64,000 nucleotides of DNA from Octopus vulgaris (GCA_951406725.2 OX597828.1:62868001-62932000), one strand, 5' to 3'. Counted from the first letter of the stretch, positions 11,441 through 25,236 are shown. Translations and numbers: made by a program. The notes: generated by a model not told the origin, from the letters alone.

Positions 11441-12361
11441 ACACACACACACACACACACACAAATCTTCCAAGATTCCAACAAAAAAACTTATTTGTTC
11501 ACTTGACGGATTCCCCTCAAAGCTCAATTTATTCTCTTCAGAAATGGAAGGATGCAATGTCATCGAGATAATGAAAAAATGTGATGGTCATTAGTGGAAT
11601 GTTTTGATCATAGGTTTAGCTGATGGGTGTTTATTAAACTGGGGTTAAACAGCAACGACAAATACAAATGCAGAAAAGAGACAGACAGAGGTAGAACACA
11701 CACACACACACACACAAGCACACTGCAAAAAGTATTTTCCAGTATTCTCCAGTCTATTTATTTCTCATGTGAAATAACAACTTTGGATGACTGCAATATG
11801 CAAATGTGTTTCATGGGAACACAGCTTGGATTCTAATAACGCCATCTGCATAATGTAAAGAAATGTTGTGTATGAGAGAGAGAAAGAGAGAGAGAAGGAG
11901 AGAGAGGAAGAGAGAACTTCATAACCTTGAACCTAAGATGAATCATTAAGGAAGTGGGGCAGGGGTAGAAAGCTCATTGTCAGTCTACATAAAGGGTATG
12001 TTTATATACAGGTAGGTAGATATAGGGGTTAATCAGGTCTATTTAGGTGGGTTTCTGTGTTACAGGTGAAAGACACCATCTAGAGGATTATTATTATTAT
12101 TATTTTATTCCTTTAATAACTAATGGTGGTGGGTCAATTAATTAGAGGCTACATTATGTGTTGTTATGCCACTTCCACCCCCCATCCTTCGCTAACTCCC
12201 TCCTCCCTCCCAGTCCACCCAGTAGCTGTTGTCTGGTAGCGGTAGTGCTCTAAACAGGTAAACAAGGTGTGTTTATATTTTATTACAATTCACAGTTGCT
12301 GAAGCACAACATTTTACAATGTGACAAGGCTTTGTTAACAAGGTACAATTACATATACATT

Positions 12362-12398
<37 letters not shown>

Positions 12399-13014
12399 CA
12401 CACATACAACACCAATACCTACAAGCTGAACAACAATACCAAATAAATATGTACTTATAACACTTTTGCATAACAGCAATGATATATATATATATCGTTG
12501 CTATTATGCAAAAGTGTCGTAAGTCCAAAATGTTGCTTTTTCAGAAAATGGTAAAATAGTTTCACCATTCCATTTCTTTTTACATTAGCAACAGTTTCGG
12601 CCTAACAATAATACTTTGTTGGATGCATAAAATTCTAACTCCATGTATGTATGATATTTTGAGTCGGAAATATTTTTGCAAAACTGTCGTATGTGGGACT
12701 TACTACACTTTTGAAAAATGTCAAACTGTTGTATTACACTTTGACAATTTTCATATCTTGGCATCTCCAGCAGCTGGAGATAGAATAGTTTAACCAAAAG
12801 AACTGACTATTGCACACAAAATTAAATATTGGAAAAGAATGCATTTGGACATACGTTAGTTGAACATAAGAGCATGATATATATATATATATCATATATA
12901 TCATAAGAGCATGATATATATATATATATATATATATCAAAGCAGTTTCTGGTATTGAAAGTTTAAAGAAAATATAACAAAACAGACATATTAAAACCTG
13001 ATTTATTTGCATTC

Positions 13015-13063
<49 letters not shown>

Positions 13064-13107
13064 GTTGTATATAGCTTGCTTTCAGTTATGCAGGAAATAC
13101 CATTGAT

Positions 13108-13139
<32 letters not shown>

Positions 13140-13168
13140 AGTATGTGTGTGCATGTGGGTATATACAT

Positions 13169-13345
13169 ATTGGGAGAATTCACAAAACAACACAAGACGA
13201 AGACAGGTGGTGTAGACAACAAACAGATGTATTAGTTTAACACTCAGGAAGTGAAAAAGTCTTTAACGTTTTGAACCTATGCTCTTCTACAGAAAGGAAC
13301 AAGGAGAGAAAATAAAGAATGTGTAGTGGCTAGCGATCTATCATA
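13169..13345 (-). mobile_element. Mini-element with degenerate minimal hammerhead (13261-13296)
   Basis: Minus strand: CTTT-CTGTAGA-AGAGC-ATAG-GTTC-AAAACGTT-AAAG. Downstream sequence resembles the intact copy at 60821-60950. Confidence 0.6.
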
Positions 13346-13654
13346 ACATACACACATATATACACACACGTGATTAATATGTCTAAGAGCATGTCACGAT
13401 ATTTATGAGAGGGGAGAGTAAGGAGGAGGAGCGAGAGACAGAGTGAGGGGGCTTCAGTTGATTACAATTGGTTAACAAGAGAGACTGGTGGAGGGAAAGT
13501 ATGAAGGCCTCCCCATAACATCAAATGTCAAAACGAGTATCATGGCTACTGGCAGACTTGTTATATTTGTCCGTAAGATATCTGTCATGTTGGATTTGAT
13601 TTGCATTCCACACACTGAATGCCATGTGCCAAGCATAAGGTAAGTCCAGGCATA

Positions 13655-14035
13655 GGCATGGTGCTGTGGTAAAGAAACTTGCTTCATATTCATGTGGCTC
13701 TGGGTTCAATCCCACTGTACAGCACCTCTGACAAGTTTCTTCTTTTTATAGCCCTGAGCTGACCAATGACTTTTCTGTCAATTTGGCAAATGGAGACTGT
13801 GTGGAAGCTCATCATGTATGTGTCTTTGTATCTGTATTTGTCCCCTCACCCACTGCTTGACAACCACTGCTGGTTTGTTTACATCCCCATAGCTCAGCAG
13901 TTCATCAAAAGATATGATAGAATCATCACCAGACTTTAAAAAAAACCTTAGTCCTAGGGTCGATTTGTTCAATAAAAACCCTTAAAGGAAGTGCCCTGGC
14001 ATGGCCACAGTCCAATGACTGGAACAAGTGAAAAA
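13655..14035 (+). mobile_element. SINE family B (older copy)
   Basis: Head TGCTGTGGTAAAGAAACTTGC, B-box GGTTCAATCCC, tail CCTGGCATGGCCACAGTCCAATGACTGGAAC. Confidence 0.8.
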
Positions 14036-14611
14036 AATAACCCAACAAAACCATTGCTGTCATTGATAATTGTGTATGACTTGTGCCAGGCTTTGGCTAA
14101 TTGTTTTAGGGGGCCTGTATAATCACAGGTAGACATAGCCACCTTCTTGGCCCTCCTTATCCTTCATCCAGCAGATCATTCAGAATATGAGAACTGAGGT
14201 GAGAAGCAGCTGCCCCAGCAAATGACTGGTACTTATTTTTTGCTGAGTAAACTGGAACAATGGGAAATGAAGTGACTTGCTGAAGGTCACAATCATAAGG
14301 TCCTGGAATCAAAGCCACGACCCTTATGATTGTGAGCCCAACACTCTAAACACAAGTCACTGGTGACCTGAGCCAAGCTGACCCAAGCCACCGTTGATCT
14401 TCAGAAACTCACACCTTTTTATGGCTTTTGGGAAATCCCTGAAGACTTAAAAGTTTCAATGTAGAACATGAAGAGGAAAACAAAGTGTGTTGGACTCTTT
14501 TTTTTTAACAAGTTAACCTTTTTGTCACCATATTTCTGTTGAAACATGTTTTTGTTTTAATACTCCCCACCACACACACACACACAAATATACACATACG
14601 CATATATATAT

Positions 14612-14843
14612 ATTTCTTTACTATCCACAACGGGCTAAACACAGAGAGGACAAACAAGGAAAGACAAACGGATTAAGTCGATTATATCGATCCCAGTGCG
14701 TAACTGGTACTTAATTTATTGACCCTGAAAGGATGAAAGGCAAAGTCGACCTCGGCAGAATTTGAACCCAGAACGTAACAGCAGACGAAATACAGCTACG
14801 CATTTCGCCCAGCGTGCTAACGTTTCTGCCAGCTCGCCGCCTT
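14612..14843 (-). mobile_element. Young SINE family C with Tx1-like tail
   Basis: CpG-rich head AAGGCGGCGAGCTGGCAGAAACG, B-box GGTTCAAATTC, tail TTTAGCCCGTTGTGGATAGTAAAGAAA. Confidence 0.85.
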
Positions 14844-17599
14844 ACATATATAAGCATATATGAAGACACACATCATGTGCAGCTACCCACATGTGTCTTC
14901 ACATACATGCTCTCAGGAGACAAGCATTCCTAATGCATTAATGCATGTGAGCACATAACAGGAAATGAGTTTTGAGTTCAAATCCTGATAAGAGACTCAT
15001 AAGGAACAGCAACTGAAGTGCTTTAACTGAGTTCATCTTGCTCACCTTTGCTGTGACCATCACTACAGAATTTACTGATGTATAGAAATGGAATGTACAG
15101 TAGTAACAATACAACAGCCCTAGGCTTAGAATATTTCCTCTGAAATGATTCTTCACAGCAGTCAGAGTATACAACATGGCCTTCAGCTCAATGTCATCAT
15201 CATTATCCACATTGTTGTTCTAACATCTACTTTTCCATGATTGCATAGGTCAGACAGAATTTGTTGAGGCAAGTTTCTACAGCTGGGGGCCCTTCCTGTC
15301 GCCAACCATCACCTGTTTCCAAGTAAGGTGACATTTCCCCATGACCAGACAGGTTTTTCATGGAAGAGTGGAAATGAAGGCTGCTGCTTGTATAACAATG
15401 ACACTCATTTACAACTATCATGATGTCAAAGCAAAGAGACAGTCGGTAACACACACACACATACAAAGGTTCCTTTCAGTTTCCATCTACCAAATCCACT
15501 CACAAGGCTTTGGTTGGCCTGGGGCTATAGTAGAAGACACTTTCCCAAGGTGTCATGCAGTGGGACTGAACCCGGAACCATGTGGCCAGGAAGTAAATTT
15601 GTGAACCATAAGCTATGTTTGCACATATTGTGGGTATTGCATATCTGGAACAAATGATTTGCAGATTAAATCCAGTTTGTTGGCCAGATTATCTCAATGA
15701 GTTAAGCTTGTGCAGTCAGAACTGACCTTAGATGACAAGAACGAAACTTTCAAAAAGCAAAAAAAAAAAAATTTTTTAAATTACGACATTATATGTAAAG
15801 CAACCAAAGGAACCTATACATGTTTGGTAGATATAGCAGCTAAATGTCTCTCAAATCACAATCTACTACCTATAATACAAAAGGACACATTTTATAATAT
15901 TGGTCACCGAAAAACAAGAACAAAAAAATGGGAGGATGGTCATGGCTGGAATATTTTTTATCATAAGCCTACTTGGAGAGGATTAAACAACATGAAGACA
16001 AAATAGATTGTTTCATTAACAGTTGTAACCTCCCTCTTCTCACACACTCCCCTGTCTCTTGCCCCTCCCCCTACACTTTTCCAACCCATCTACCCAGCAC
16101 ATCTGTCTGTCTCCTACTACCATTCACTTTGCATCTTGGCCACCCAGACACCTCATCACCAGCTCCACCCAATCACACATCCACTCTGAGTAGTTGTGGA
16201 GCTCTTCTACAGAGACAAACCTACTCAGCCTTCTTTTATTTTAACCCCTCATCTCCATAACTAAAACTGCCCCACTGCCTTGGGGTTAGGGTCCTGCAAG
16301 CTACTTGCTGACCCCACTAGTGCTGGTATCACAAGAAAAAAAAAAGAAAAAAAGCAATCCAGTCCACACTCCGTAAAATGGTGGGCATTAGGAAGGGCAT
16401 CCAGTCAAAGAAACCATGCGAAAGCAGAAAACAGCAGGGCTTGGTTCCATCAGACGATGACAAAATATTTAATCCATGCTAGCAAGGAACAAGGACGTTA
16501 TACGAAGACGCTTATAATGAAGGGCCATTATCTGTAGACCATTTACAACACTGATACTAACACTAGTTTCATGTGAAGTCTATGATGCTTGGGATCTAAG
16601 GACATACTTTCTGCCTTTTTAATCAAACACAGTAAGGGTCTACTCTCTCCCTTCACACAAATGGTCTTTTTCATCTGCAAAAACACTTTCACCAAAAACT
16701 AACAAAAATATTTTAAAGTTGTAGAACTCTCCAACACATGGTGTGTATAAAACAGCAGGTGTGTGTGTGTGTGTGTACATATATGTAAACACACACACAT
16801 ATATATTATATATATACACGCACACACAAATATATACATGCCTGAACATGCATAAACTCACACCCAAATATACAAACACCCACACAAATATTCATGTACA
16901 TGCACCCTTACACACACACACACACACAGACAGACATGTATACAAAGCCAGATACATATAAACATACATGTACACCCAACATATTACATAAACAGAGTTC
17001 AATATAAACATAAGCACACATACACACACAAGTGTAGAAATAAACACTGTTTGCAGACCGTTTAATCTCATCCCTCCATATTTTGCTGTTCCTGCTTAGC
17101 CCAAGGCCAGTCCTGATCAAGTAGTTCATTCCAGTCACGACAATCCCCAGAGATAGGCTGAACAAATTTGAAATACACACAATAAACACAAATATACACT
17201 AAAAACATACACACACACAAAACCATAAACACTACTCTCACGTTCACTCACCATATTCCTACCCACAAAATAAAAACTTACCTACCCCATCTCCACTCCA
17301 CACACACACACACAAAAACACTAGCTTGGAGGTCTGTTAATAATTAGATTCTGTTAATAGTCTGTTAATAATTAGATTCTAAAATTTTTGGTCAATATTT
17401 CTCAGGTGGTGAAGACACTAATTAGCTGTTAATTAGTCTTAATAAATACACACTTCAAACTGTGTGAACAGACACACACACATCGGTGGATTGGTAGAGC
17501 TATTAGAGCAGCAGAAGATTATATATGAAACATCATCATCATTTGCTTTCTATTTTCCATGCTGCCAGAAGTTGGATGATTAAAAAAGGAACCAATGAG

Positions 17600-18130
17600 A
17601 TTGAGGACTGTACTTACTTCAGCCCTTTTCTCTCCCCATAGAATTCAGGCCAACAACAACTTTGCTTTGCTGTTCTTGACTATCGATTGTCTTTTCTGCT
17701 TCTCTCCAGCTGGATCCTTGCTTTTCCAGCCCTGTCTCACTATCCTGCCTCCACCTATTTCTATGGAACAAATCCCTTGTGGGCAGAAGCTTACCTGAGG
17801 GAAGGCCCTTCTCTCTAGTTCATTTTCAATTGCTATCAAGGCTTCCATAACTTTTGTTTTTCTTTTCTTTTTTTTCTTGGTAGGGGACTTGGTCATCTGC
17901 AAACCAAGTTTTACTGCTGGGAATAGAGGGTCCAAATATTAGTCTGGCTTCTGTCTTTTTGCTTGTCCAGCATCGGAGACTCTACCAGGAGCTTGTTGTT
18001 CTTTGGCATCTCTCACAGGGTCACTGAGGCACACTGGCCACCAAACCACAACAAAGACCAGATCTTGAGGCGGAAGAGAACAGTGCCATGTTTCATTGTT
18101 TATTCTGGTAGGGTTTCTACAGCTAAACAC
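17600..18130 (-). pseudogene. Possible highly decayed non-LTR (RLE/HERO-like) ORF remnant
   Basis: Segments IPSSKTWFADD, KVMEALIAIENELERR and AGEKQKRQ loosely recall the ILSSCKTALADG..HDQVL..FVRAGEK region of HERO-type elements. Weak and by eye only. Confidence 0.3.
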
Positions 18131-19329
18131 CTTGTCTTATGCCAATCAACATGTGTGTGTGTGTGTGTACACTTACACATCCACGCATCAGTGGATTGGA
18201 AAAATCATTTGAGCATTGGAAGAAATGTCACATTCTGAGTTCAAATCTGGGTAAGGTTCTCTTTGCCTTTAAACTCCACCCAAAGATTGGGAATGAGATA
18301 ATTGACTGGCCCCTCCATACGAATATTCAGCCTTGGGCCTATACACACATTATATATATATATATATGTACATACATTATATATACACACACATTATATA
18401 TATATGTACATACATTATATACATGTGTATGTATGTATATGTACACATATGTATACTCTCTAATATGAATACAAATGTATGTAAAAGCATCCAAATACTG
18501 ACATACCTGCATTTATATGTGTATGTACATATCTGTATGCATGTGTGTATAAGCACACATATATACACATGCACACACACACACACACATATATCAGTAT
18601 ACGTATGCTTTTACATACATCCTTATGTTAGCGAGTACCATTCAAATTTACACACCCACACATACATTCATATATACACCCACATCTAATTATACATTTG
18701 TGTGCCTGTGTGTATATTTATATATAAATACACACACATAAAACATGCATAAACACAAACTTCTGAAGTCAGACAGACAGACAGACAGTGTGTTGAGAAA
18801 AGGATGTAGTGAAGTGACAGAGTCAGGGTAGTTAATGGTAAACAGATGCCGGTTCCTACATCATTAGCTCCAGATGAGATTGGAACCTAGGATTACATTA
18901 GCTCCAGATGATGACTAACCTCTCAAGACAGTTAAGTAAACACAACAGTTAAGTAAACCAGTTAGTAATAGTTATTAATAGTAGTAGTGATGGTGGTGGC
19001 TGTAGTGGTGATGGTGGTGGTGGAGTTTGGGTTTTCTCATAGAAAAGAAAAAAAATCTGAGAAAAAACTTGCCACACCACTGTTTAGGAGTCAAAAAGGA
19101 AGTATGCATGTGGCAACTTGACCTGCTAGAAATAGCAACCGAATCTCAGTGAAATCATATCCTATTGCCTTAAAACAGGAAGGTCACATTGATTGACCCC
19201 AACCTCCACAAAAAAACAAAAAAAATAGGATGTTTACAACTGATGAACCAAAGCAATCAAGGAGCTGAGCTTGAAAATCACTTGAGGGTTGGTAACTGGA
19301 TGAGCATCCAGCCTTGAGATCAATTCCCT

Positions 19330-19890
19330 GTCTAAGCCATTCTAGCATGGAGAACTTGACACTAAAATCAAGAAACAAATGAGAGAATGTGTGTGTATAA
19401 AGACACCTGTCCATCAACATTGACCATGTGCCGGCATCAGCAAAATTCGTCTCCAGCATGAAAGCCCAGCTAAGAGAGTTGTTCGTTTTCAATAATGACC
19501 AAGATATGTCTATAGAGTGTGAAACCCGGTGAGTCACAACCTTCTCCATCAACAAGCACCAAAAGTTCCTGAATAGATGTTTCCGGAAGATGCTTCGAGT
19601 GAGATGGCAAGACAGCTAAAGCCTTATTGGAACAAGCAAACCAGCAGTTTGTCAAAACCCAGATCAAGAAAAGGAAATGACGTAAGCTGGGACACACCCT
19701 ATGGAAGCCAATTCCCATTGTTACAAGGTAAGCCTTCTGATGGCCACCCTAAAGGAGACAAGTGTAGCAGACCAAAAATAAATGGCAGGTGGCTACCCCT
19801 GGGTACAAACACAATCCTTTGCCAAATATTGAGACAAATGGGGATCTCTTGTTGGTATCTATTGCCCTATATGGGGATAAAGGATTAAGA
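19330..19890 (+). pseudogene. Decayed RTE-type LINE 3' fragment
   Basis: Frames give ECETR*VTT, FLNRCFRKMLRVRWQD and QIKKRK*RKLGHTLWKP, matching the RTE C-terminal YGCETW..FINRCLRRIL..WIGHTLRKP pattern. Confidence 0.7.
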
Positions 19891-19923
19891 AAAAGTATTA
19901 ATTTATGAAACAAATCAGCTTAA

Positions 19924-20145
19924 CCCTTTTGTTACCATATTTCTGTTGAGATGTTCTGTGTTTCTTTCAATTAATTTTAAACATAACAAAGAGTTTAGCA
20001 AAATGACTTAGTTATCATTAAGCTAGGGTTAAGAACATAAATTGTGACTAAGGTTTGGTGGAAGATTTTAATTCAAAACTTATGAAAACAAGACATTTGC
20101 ACTGCAGAGCCAGAGGTGGTTTCAGCTGGGTTGGTATCAAAAGGG
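19924..20145. mobile_element. piggyBac-type MITE
   Basis: TTAA|CCCTTTTGTTACCA ... TGGTATCAAAAGGG|TTAA. A truncated copy starts near 14514. Confidence 0.85.
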
Positions 20146-20661
20146 TTAATGTTGGCCCTGATTCAACTTGACAACAATTTTGTTAGATAGAAACTCACAA
20201 TGTAATGAATCGGAATAAATATTGGAAGATGGGTTTTGTTTCTTTTTTTCATATTTTTGTCCAAAATTATTATTCAATTAATCCACAACCCTCGACTGGT
20301 TCTTTTATTTTATTAACCCTGGAAGGATGAAAGACAAGGCTGATCTTGGTGGGATTTGAACTCAGAATGTAAAAGGACAAAACAAATACTGTGACACATT
20401 TTAATCAGATGCTCCAACAAGTCTGCTAATCCACTGTCATCTGTGAGTGTGTGCATGACTGAATGTGTGTGTATGTGTGCATGACAATGTGTGTGTATGT
20501 GCACAATGTTTATATGCATGGTGTGCATGTGTACATGTGTGTATATATATACAAGTGTGTGTACATGTGTATACGTATGTTTGGGGTATATATGCACGTG
20601 TGCATGGTTATGTGTATGTGCATACACACACACAGAAATAGATGTGTACGGGTAGGAGTGC

Positions 20662-20712
<51 letters not shown>

Positions 20713-21489
20713 AGCATAAGTTTGCACATACATGTTTATGGCTCTGCATGTGGGCACATGCACTGACATGTGCTCACATGCATTAATACATTATGAATGC
20801 TTGTCTCCTGAGCATGCATGTGAGCACACATGCAGATAGCTGCATATGCATGCATGCATGTGTGCGCCTTCATATATGCTTACATGTATATATTTGTATG
20901 TAGGAGTCTATACATAATTCTGTATACACACAATCATACACAAGTGGAATATATAATTGTTGTTGTTGGTCCTCATATAATGTCACTTATAAGTTGTTTT
21001 TTTCACTAAATGTCAATGAGGATGGGAGTGGTGGGGGAGGGTTGGCAGAGAGGGAAGGAAGAGAGGAAGCAAGACACAATGAAAAGGTTATGGAATAATT
21101 ATGGCAAACAATTCAATTAACACTAAATTACGATTATTTTTTGTATTTTTATTTACTTATTACTTGTTTTATTATATATATATATTTTTTCTTTTATTTA
21201 CGACTTTGAAATTGAATGTCTTAAAGATAGTAACCAACTTCAGCACCTTGATCCTTATATGAAAACTGACCAAACATCCTAAGTCTGTCTCATATTCATA
21301 AACTACTTCAGATGTTTAAGTCTGTTAGTCTTGGATAGAGACAACTCCAGACATTCTGTTCTATCTTATATCAAGACAATGACCAACACCAACCCAATGG
21401 TCTGTTATATAACCACACACAGGTCATTGACCTAACATTACAAGAGAGATAAACAGACTCAGACCCCTACCTCCCTCATTTGTCTATAT

Positions 21490-21739
21490 CAGTGGCACTC
21501 AACCACTTTTTACCAATGGCTCCCTTTCATTCCTATTTTACTCCACTGGACCTTCGTAGCCATTCAATGTATATAAAAAGAATCCCGTTATATTTTTTGT
21601 AATTAAATATTCCAAAGAATTGTATAAAAAATTGAAATATTTTGTGTATTTTAGAAATATAAGCAATTTATTGCAGATAAATTTTAACAAAATCTTATCT
21701 GGTCCCGCAAGAGTCACATGAACCCTGGTTGAGACCCTC
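21490..21739. mobile_element. hAT-type MITE
   Basis: CAGTGGCACTCAACC...GGTTGAGACCC. Reverse-oriented relative of 33180-33425. Confidence 0.65.
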
Positions 21740-21859
21740 AGGTTTACATTAAACCCAGGAAGTGACCCTTAGTCAGGGCAACATTAGACATTATTTAAAC
21801 TGCCTTGGTTTGGGTAATCCTGTCACAGTATAATGCAGTGTTGTACCTTTGTACTTTGT

Positions 21860-22340
21860 TTCATCCAATAGTGTAATGTGTAGCCCTGTATCACACCACC
21901 ATCTGCACTACCACCTGCACAGCCTTGTGTCAGTGTTGTCACCTGTTGAATTTTCTGTCACACACAACCAGGAAGGGTAATTATAGTCCCAGTGTCACTC
22001 CACCACCACTTGTATAACTCCAAGGCCTGTGGGGTATATGTATGCTTCCTGTAGCTACGGTGCCACACCGTTGTAGTACATGTGGCCTGGTGTCACACTG
22101 CTGCAACTTGTATAGCCCTGTGTCTCATCACCATCCTCCTTGTGAAATGTGAATTAAGACAAGTATCATATCCAAGGGGAGAGCTTATGCTCCATACAGC
22201 CCCTTCAAACTAGTGCTAAGCTCTCTGTCCCTTAATAGTACTGTCAAGGTGAAACCCTGCTCCTTAATAATTTTGTGCTTCTGAGCCCTGGTCCTTAATA
22301 TCCCCACAGTGTTAGACTTTGGACTTTATTGTCCCCTGAT
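21860..22340. repeat. Diverged minisatellites (~31-33 bp units)
   Basis: Recurring TAGCCCTGTGTCACACCACC-like units (21860-22140) and CCCTG.TCCTTAATA units (22220-22300). Confidence 0.5.
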
Positions 22341-23446
22341 TGCTTAAATGGTGTTTCCCAAACATGGCTCCACAGATCACATAACTATCCTAGCAGATTG
22401 AGTGTGCATGTGCACACACACACACACAAATATATAGAAAGTGATGTATGTGCACAAGTTATTGCATGTGTGTATACATTTGTTCACATATACCTGTGTG
22501 TGAGAGCAAGTGCCATTATTGTGGACTGGTGATAAGTTCTGAACAAGCCATTGTCTAAAGAATGTAGAAGCACACGTTCAATTCTTCCTGGCATAAGTTT
22601 AAAGTCAATAGGTTGTAGGGAGATAAGATTAAATCAGCCATAATGACCACACAGGTAGAAAGAAACAGAGAAATATATATAAACACACCTGTAATAAATA
22701 CAAAAAGGTAGAGAAGGCAGCTTTTTTTTTCTTATTTTTTTCCACCTTGCCCACCAATCAAAATCTGTGAAAGTCAGTGTTAAATGTCAAACAGGGAAGT
22801 TTCAAGGTGTGAAGAACACAAACACACATACACACAAACACACACACCATGACAAATATAGTCATTAAAGAGACACAAAAGACTTCCTGTTTGGTGACAA
22901 AACTAAAGTTGACTCTTTATGTGGCTGGTTCCACAACTGTGTGTGTGTTTGTGTATATCTATCTATCTATCTATCAATAGATAGATAGATAGATATACAG
23001 ATATGTGGAGGTGGGGAACAGCTGTCCGCATTTGCTTATATGTGTCTGCTGAGAGTGGACTGGCAGGTTGGTTCATTGTCTGTGCGTATATTTCTGTCTG
23101 CTCACTTGTCTACATGCCTGTGTATGCATGTGTGTATATGTGTATATATAAGATTGGGTGGTAATAAATATGTGTGTGTGTATCTACTCACCTTTGCAAA
23201 TGGGGAAATCAACTATCTTGGTCAATCTGCACCAGACACACACACACTCTTATGCATGCATCCATCCATACATACATACATACATATATACATACATACA
23301 TGATATGAAAGGTATTGGTGTCAAGAAGACCCAAAGGTATCAGGTAATCGGTGCTGATGAAGGAGCAAAAACACCCAAAATATAGCTATACACTCATTGC
23401 CCATTTTAACAGTGGTGCCCCAGCATGGCTACAACTCAGAACTGAA

Positions 23447-23449
<3 letters not shown>

Positions 23450-23495
<46 letters not shown>

Positions 23496-24274
23496 CTATA
23501 TGCATATTATATCTATATATCTATATCTATATATCTATATGTATATTATATCTATATCTATATATATATATATATCTATATCTATATATATATATATATC
23601 TATCTATCTATATCTATATATCTATATCTATATATATATCTATTATATATATATATCTATATATCTATATATATTATATATATACCTATATATCTATATA
23701 TATTATATATATACCTATATATCTTATATATATATATCTATATATCTATATATATTATATATATACCTATATATCTATATATATATCTATATATATTATA
23801 TATATACCTATATATCTCAGCCGAAATTACTACGATGATCCGGTTCTTGACTGAAGACTGAGGGTTTCGAATGTCCTGTCCGTGTTTATTGTATCGTCTT
23901 CTAAGAGTTATACGTTCTTGTCCATGTTGTATTTTTCTACATACCTTAACATATATTATATATATATCTATATATCTATATATATCTATATATATCTATA
24001 TATATATTATATATATATCTATATATATATTATATATATATCTATATATATATCTATATCTATTATATATATATATCTATATCTATATATATTATATATA
24101 TATCTATATCTATATATATTATATATATATCTATATCTATATATATTATATATATATCTATATCTATATATATTATATATATATCTATATCTATATATAT
24201 TATATATATATCTATATCTATATATATTATATATATATCTATATCTATATATATTATATATATATCTATATCTA

Positions 24275-24317
<43 letters not shown>

Positions 24318-24335
24318 TTATATATATATATATAG
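23450..24335. repeat. (TA)-rich compound microsatellite interrupted by a mini-element at 23816-23950
   Basis: TATATC/TATAT units, with a higher-order ~31-bp period at about 24060-24280. Confidence 0.95.
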
Positions 24336-24376
24336 TGCTCTTAGTTTAGATTTTTCTTGGGGCCAGCCAGATTGGA

Positions 24377-24436
24377 GTAGTCTCGAGTATAACCAACTGA
24401 AACTGCCGAGAAGTTTCGGAACTTGACTGAAGATAG
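24377..24436 (+). ncRNA. Candidate non-circularly permuted hammerhead ribozyme
   Basis: GTAGT-C-TCGAGT ... GAAA-CTGC ... ACTTGA-CTGAAGA-TAG. Stem III ACTGC/GTAGT, GUC triplet, stem I TCGAGT/ACTTGA. Stem II is weak in this copy. Confidence 0.55.
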
Positions 24437-25236
24437 AAAACTCTGAATGACCCATCCTTGTTTTCGCTTGTCCTTTTTTGTATCGTCTAACTGTCTGGAT
24501 GTTTTGTTGTCCTCTGTTGCATTCTTGTTCCATTTTTTGAATTCTTTTATATATCTCATGGTTTTCACAATAAGTATATTGTATCTGTGGTATGTCGTAG
24601 GAGATGACTAAGAGTTGGCGTCAGGAAGTGCATTAGCCTATTAAATTCTGTCTCATAAAGTCGTATCTAACAGATACCACCACTAGCATTGGCCACCACC
24701 CAGGTGGCTCGAGTTTAAATCTCAGCAAAACCTCCAAGACAAGTGAGGAGGAAAACAGAAAGGGAAAAAGGGAAATCAAATCAAAATCATAATTCACTGA
24801 GTGGTGTGGAAGCTGGGCATAAAGGTCGGGATTTGTATTTGGGTCTAAATATTTGCAGAACAGTGTTGAAAGCTCAAGGTCTTGGTGGCTGCAGGGATGG
24901 TGATATTACAACAAGGTATTGTGTTCACTTCCACAAAATCACAGCTACAGCCTCACTCAGTTTTTCTCTTATATACATACATCACCATCATTTTGAAATT
25001 CACTTTTCCACATTTGCATGGTCCAAATGGAGTTTATTGAGGCAGAATTTCTATGGTTAGAATTTCTATGTTTCCAAGCCAAGGTAATATTTCCCTGTGG
25101 CCAGACAATGTTCTTCCAAAATATTGGAAACAAATGACACTGCTTGTGTGACAATGACGCTTGCTTAGAGCTGTCACACAATGCAAAAAAAAAAAAAAAA
25201 AAAAAAGACATATGTATGTGTATGTATGTATGTATG

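Noticed and set aside
19577-19888. 103-aa ORF with an internal GTAAG donor-like site
   Set aside because: Off-frame reading of a decayed RTE LINE.
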